From: Desulfobacteraceae bacterium
Lineage (GTDB): Bacteria; Desulfobacterota; Desulfobacteria; Desulfobacterales; ETH-SRB1
NCBI GenBank assembly: GCA_030593145.1
Contig: JAUVHU010000005.1
Location: 1,502-65,501 of the forward strand
Direction of reading: 5' to 3'
DNA: 64,000 nt
Part shown: positions 63,048 through 64,000 of the stretch, in pieces
How the letters are laid out: each line of letters begins with the position of its first letter
How positions within the stretch are numbered: the stretch's first letter is position 1
The notes under the pieces: model-generated
What the model was told of the DNA's origin: nothing
What the model saw: only the letters and a program-made list of their open reading frames with translations
The model's database searches: none
Made by a program: the position numbers and the translations under genes

Positions 63048-64000
63048 CTAATTAATCTTATATCTCTTTAATTTTTCTACAAAGGTTGTTCTGTTCAGGT
63101 CCAATAATTTTGCGGCCCTGTTTTTTATTCCACCTGATTTTTGCAGAGCCTTCCGGAGCAAATCTTTTTCAAATTGACCGATTATTTCATTCAGACCCAG
63201 ACCGTCATCAGGGATATCAATGTCGCTTATGACTCTTTCAGTTCCATTTGAATTCAGTCTTATCTTATCAGGCAAATCCTCCAACTCTATATTGCCGTGT
63301 TCTTTCATGACAACAAGCATTTCAATCAGGTTTTGCAATTCTCTTACATTGCCCGGCCAGTGATATTTCGTGAGGTAATTCATGGCTTCAGGTGTTAATT
63401 CCTTAATATTTTTCTCTTTTGATTTATTAAATATTCTCAGGAAATGATTGACCAGTACAGGTATATCTACCTTTCTTTCTCTTAGAGGCGGAAGATGAAT
63501 AGGTATTACATTGATGCGATAAAAGAGATCCTCCCTGAATCTTTTTTCTGCCACGGCCTTTTCTAAATCCTGGTTTGTTGCGGTAATAATCCTTATATCC
63601 ACATCTATGGTCTTCATGCCTCCAATTCTTTCGAACCGTCTTTCCTGTATTACCCTCAATACTTTTACCTGCAATGAAGGACTCATATCGCCTATCTCAT
63701 CGAGAAAAATTGTTCCCCCATGCGCTAATTCAAACCGTCCTGTTCTGCTCCGTATGGCTCCGGTAAACGCGCCTTTTTCATGCCCAAACAGTTCGCTTTC
63801 GAGAAGCTCTTCAGGAATTGCACCGCAGTTCACCGTAACAAGAGGGAGGGATTTTCTTTTGCTGTTGAAATGCAGAGCCCTGGCCACTAACTCCTTGCCG
63901 GTTCCACTTTCGCCGTATATGGCAACAGTGCTGTCTGATGAAGCCACTTTTTTAATCTTTTCAAAAACCTTTTTCATGCCATTGCTGTACCCTATTATCT
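63048..64000 (-). CDS. Sigma54-dependent transcriptional activator (AAA+ plus Fis-type HTH). The N-terminus lies beyond the right edge of the window.
   Basis: Motifs are [24 protein letters not shown], and a C-terminal [19 protein letters not shown]. The reading frame continues upstream of Met 63977 (..[12 protein letters not shown]), so the gene is partial. Confidence 0.9.
   Translation of the reverse strand, partial: IIGYSNGMKKVFEKIKKVASSDSTVAIYGESGTGKELVARALHFNSKRKSLPLVTVNCGAIPEELLESELFGHEKGAFTGAIRSRTGRFELAHGGTIFLDEIGDMSPSLQVKVLRVIQERRFERIGGMKTIDVDIRIITATNQDLEKAVAEKRFREDLFYRINVIPIHLPPLRERKVDIPVLVNHFLRIFNKSKEKNIKELTPEAMNYLTKYHWPGNVRELQNLIEMLVVMKEHGNIELEDLPDKIRLNSNGTERVISDIDIPDDGLGLNEIIGQFEKDLLRKALQKSGGIKNRAAKLLDLNRTTFVEKLKRYKIN

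Overview
Nearly the whole window is one large, co-directional (+ strand) flagellar and chemotaxis supercluster. The gene order resembles the Bacillus fla/che operon. The blocks run: SPOR/TPR protein; FlrB/FlrC-like sigma54 two-component pair; flgBC-fliEFGHIJ-ylxF/motE-like-fliK-flgDE; motA plus two motB paralogs, then fliLMNOPQR-flhBAFG-fliA; an accessory module (FliL paralog, degenerate kinase, DUF2802-like, FliK-like, FlhB-C-like); flgFGAHIJ; flgMN-flgKL-csrA-fliW; a GGDEF cyclase; and a che operon (cheW, tetraheme cytochrome, heme-motif MCP, cheR, cheD, cheY, cheX-like, second cheD, cheB, cheA, cheY, cheX). Minus-strand c-di-GMP and sigma54 regulator genes sit at both edges: REC-HD-GYP on the left; GAF-HD-GYP, HDOD and a sigma54 activator on the right. 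I saw no flagellin, rRNA, tRNA, CRISPR array, transposase or integrase. By eye I found six near-identical sigma54 promoters (TGGCAT-N5-TTGCT), three sigma28 promoters (TAAA-N15/16-GCCGATAT-like) and one clean intrinsic terminator. The most unusual property is non-genic. Almost every intergenic gap is filled by short non-autonomous repeat elements. Their arms are built from reiterated 7-12 nt words (GAACATCGAAC, GGTCAGRGG/GGGATCAGG, CGAGTAGTCGAG, GGGATTAAGG, GTGTTAAGTGTTAGG, GCTATTAGC, AACCGTGAACGGTT and others), and the arms flank a few conserved loop cores. Many copies fold as long hairpins, some are single-armed or chimeric, and some carry nested GC-rich insertions. The same words run into coding sequence: ORF termini, a CheA linker, and a 585-bp expansion inside a FliL paralog that is stop-free in all three + frames. 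They also coincide with an apparent split of fliK. Repeat coordinates are read by eye and are approximate to about 5 nt. All homology calls come from motif recognition only, with no database search. The lineage guess (Desulfobacterota-like) is weak inference.
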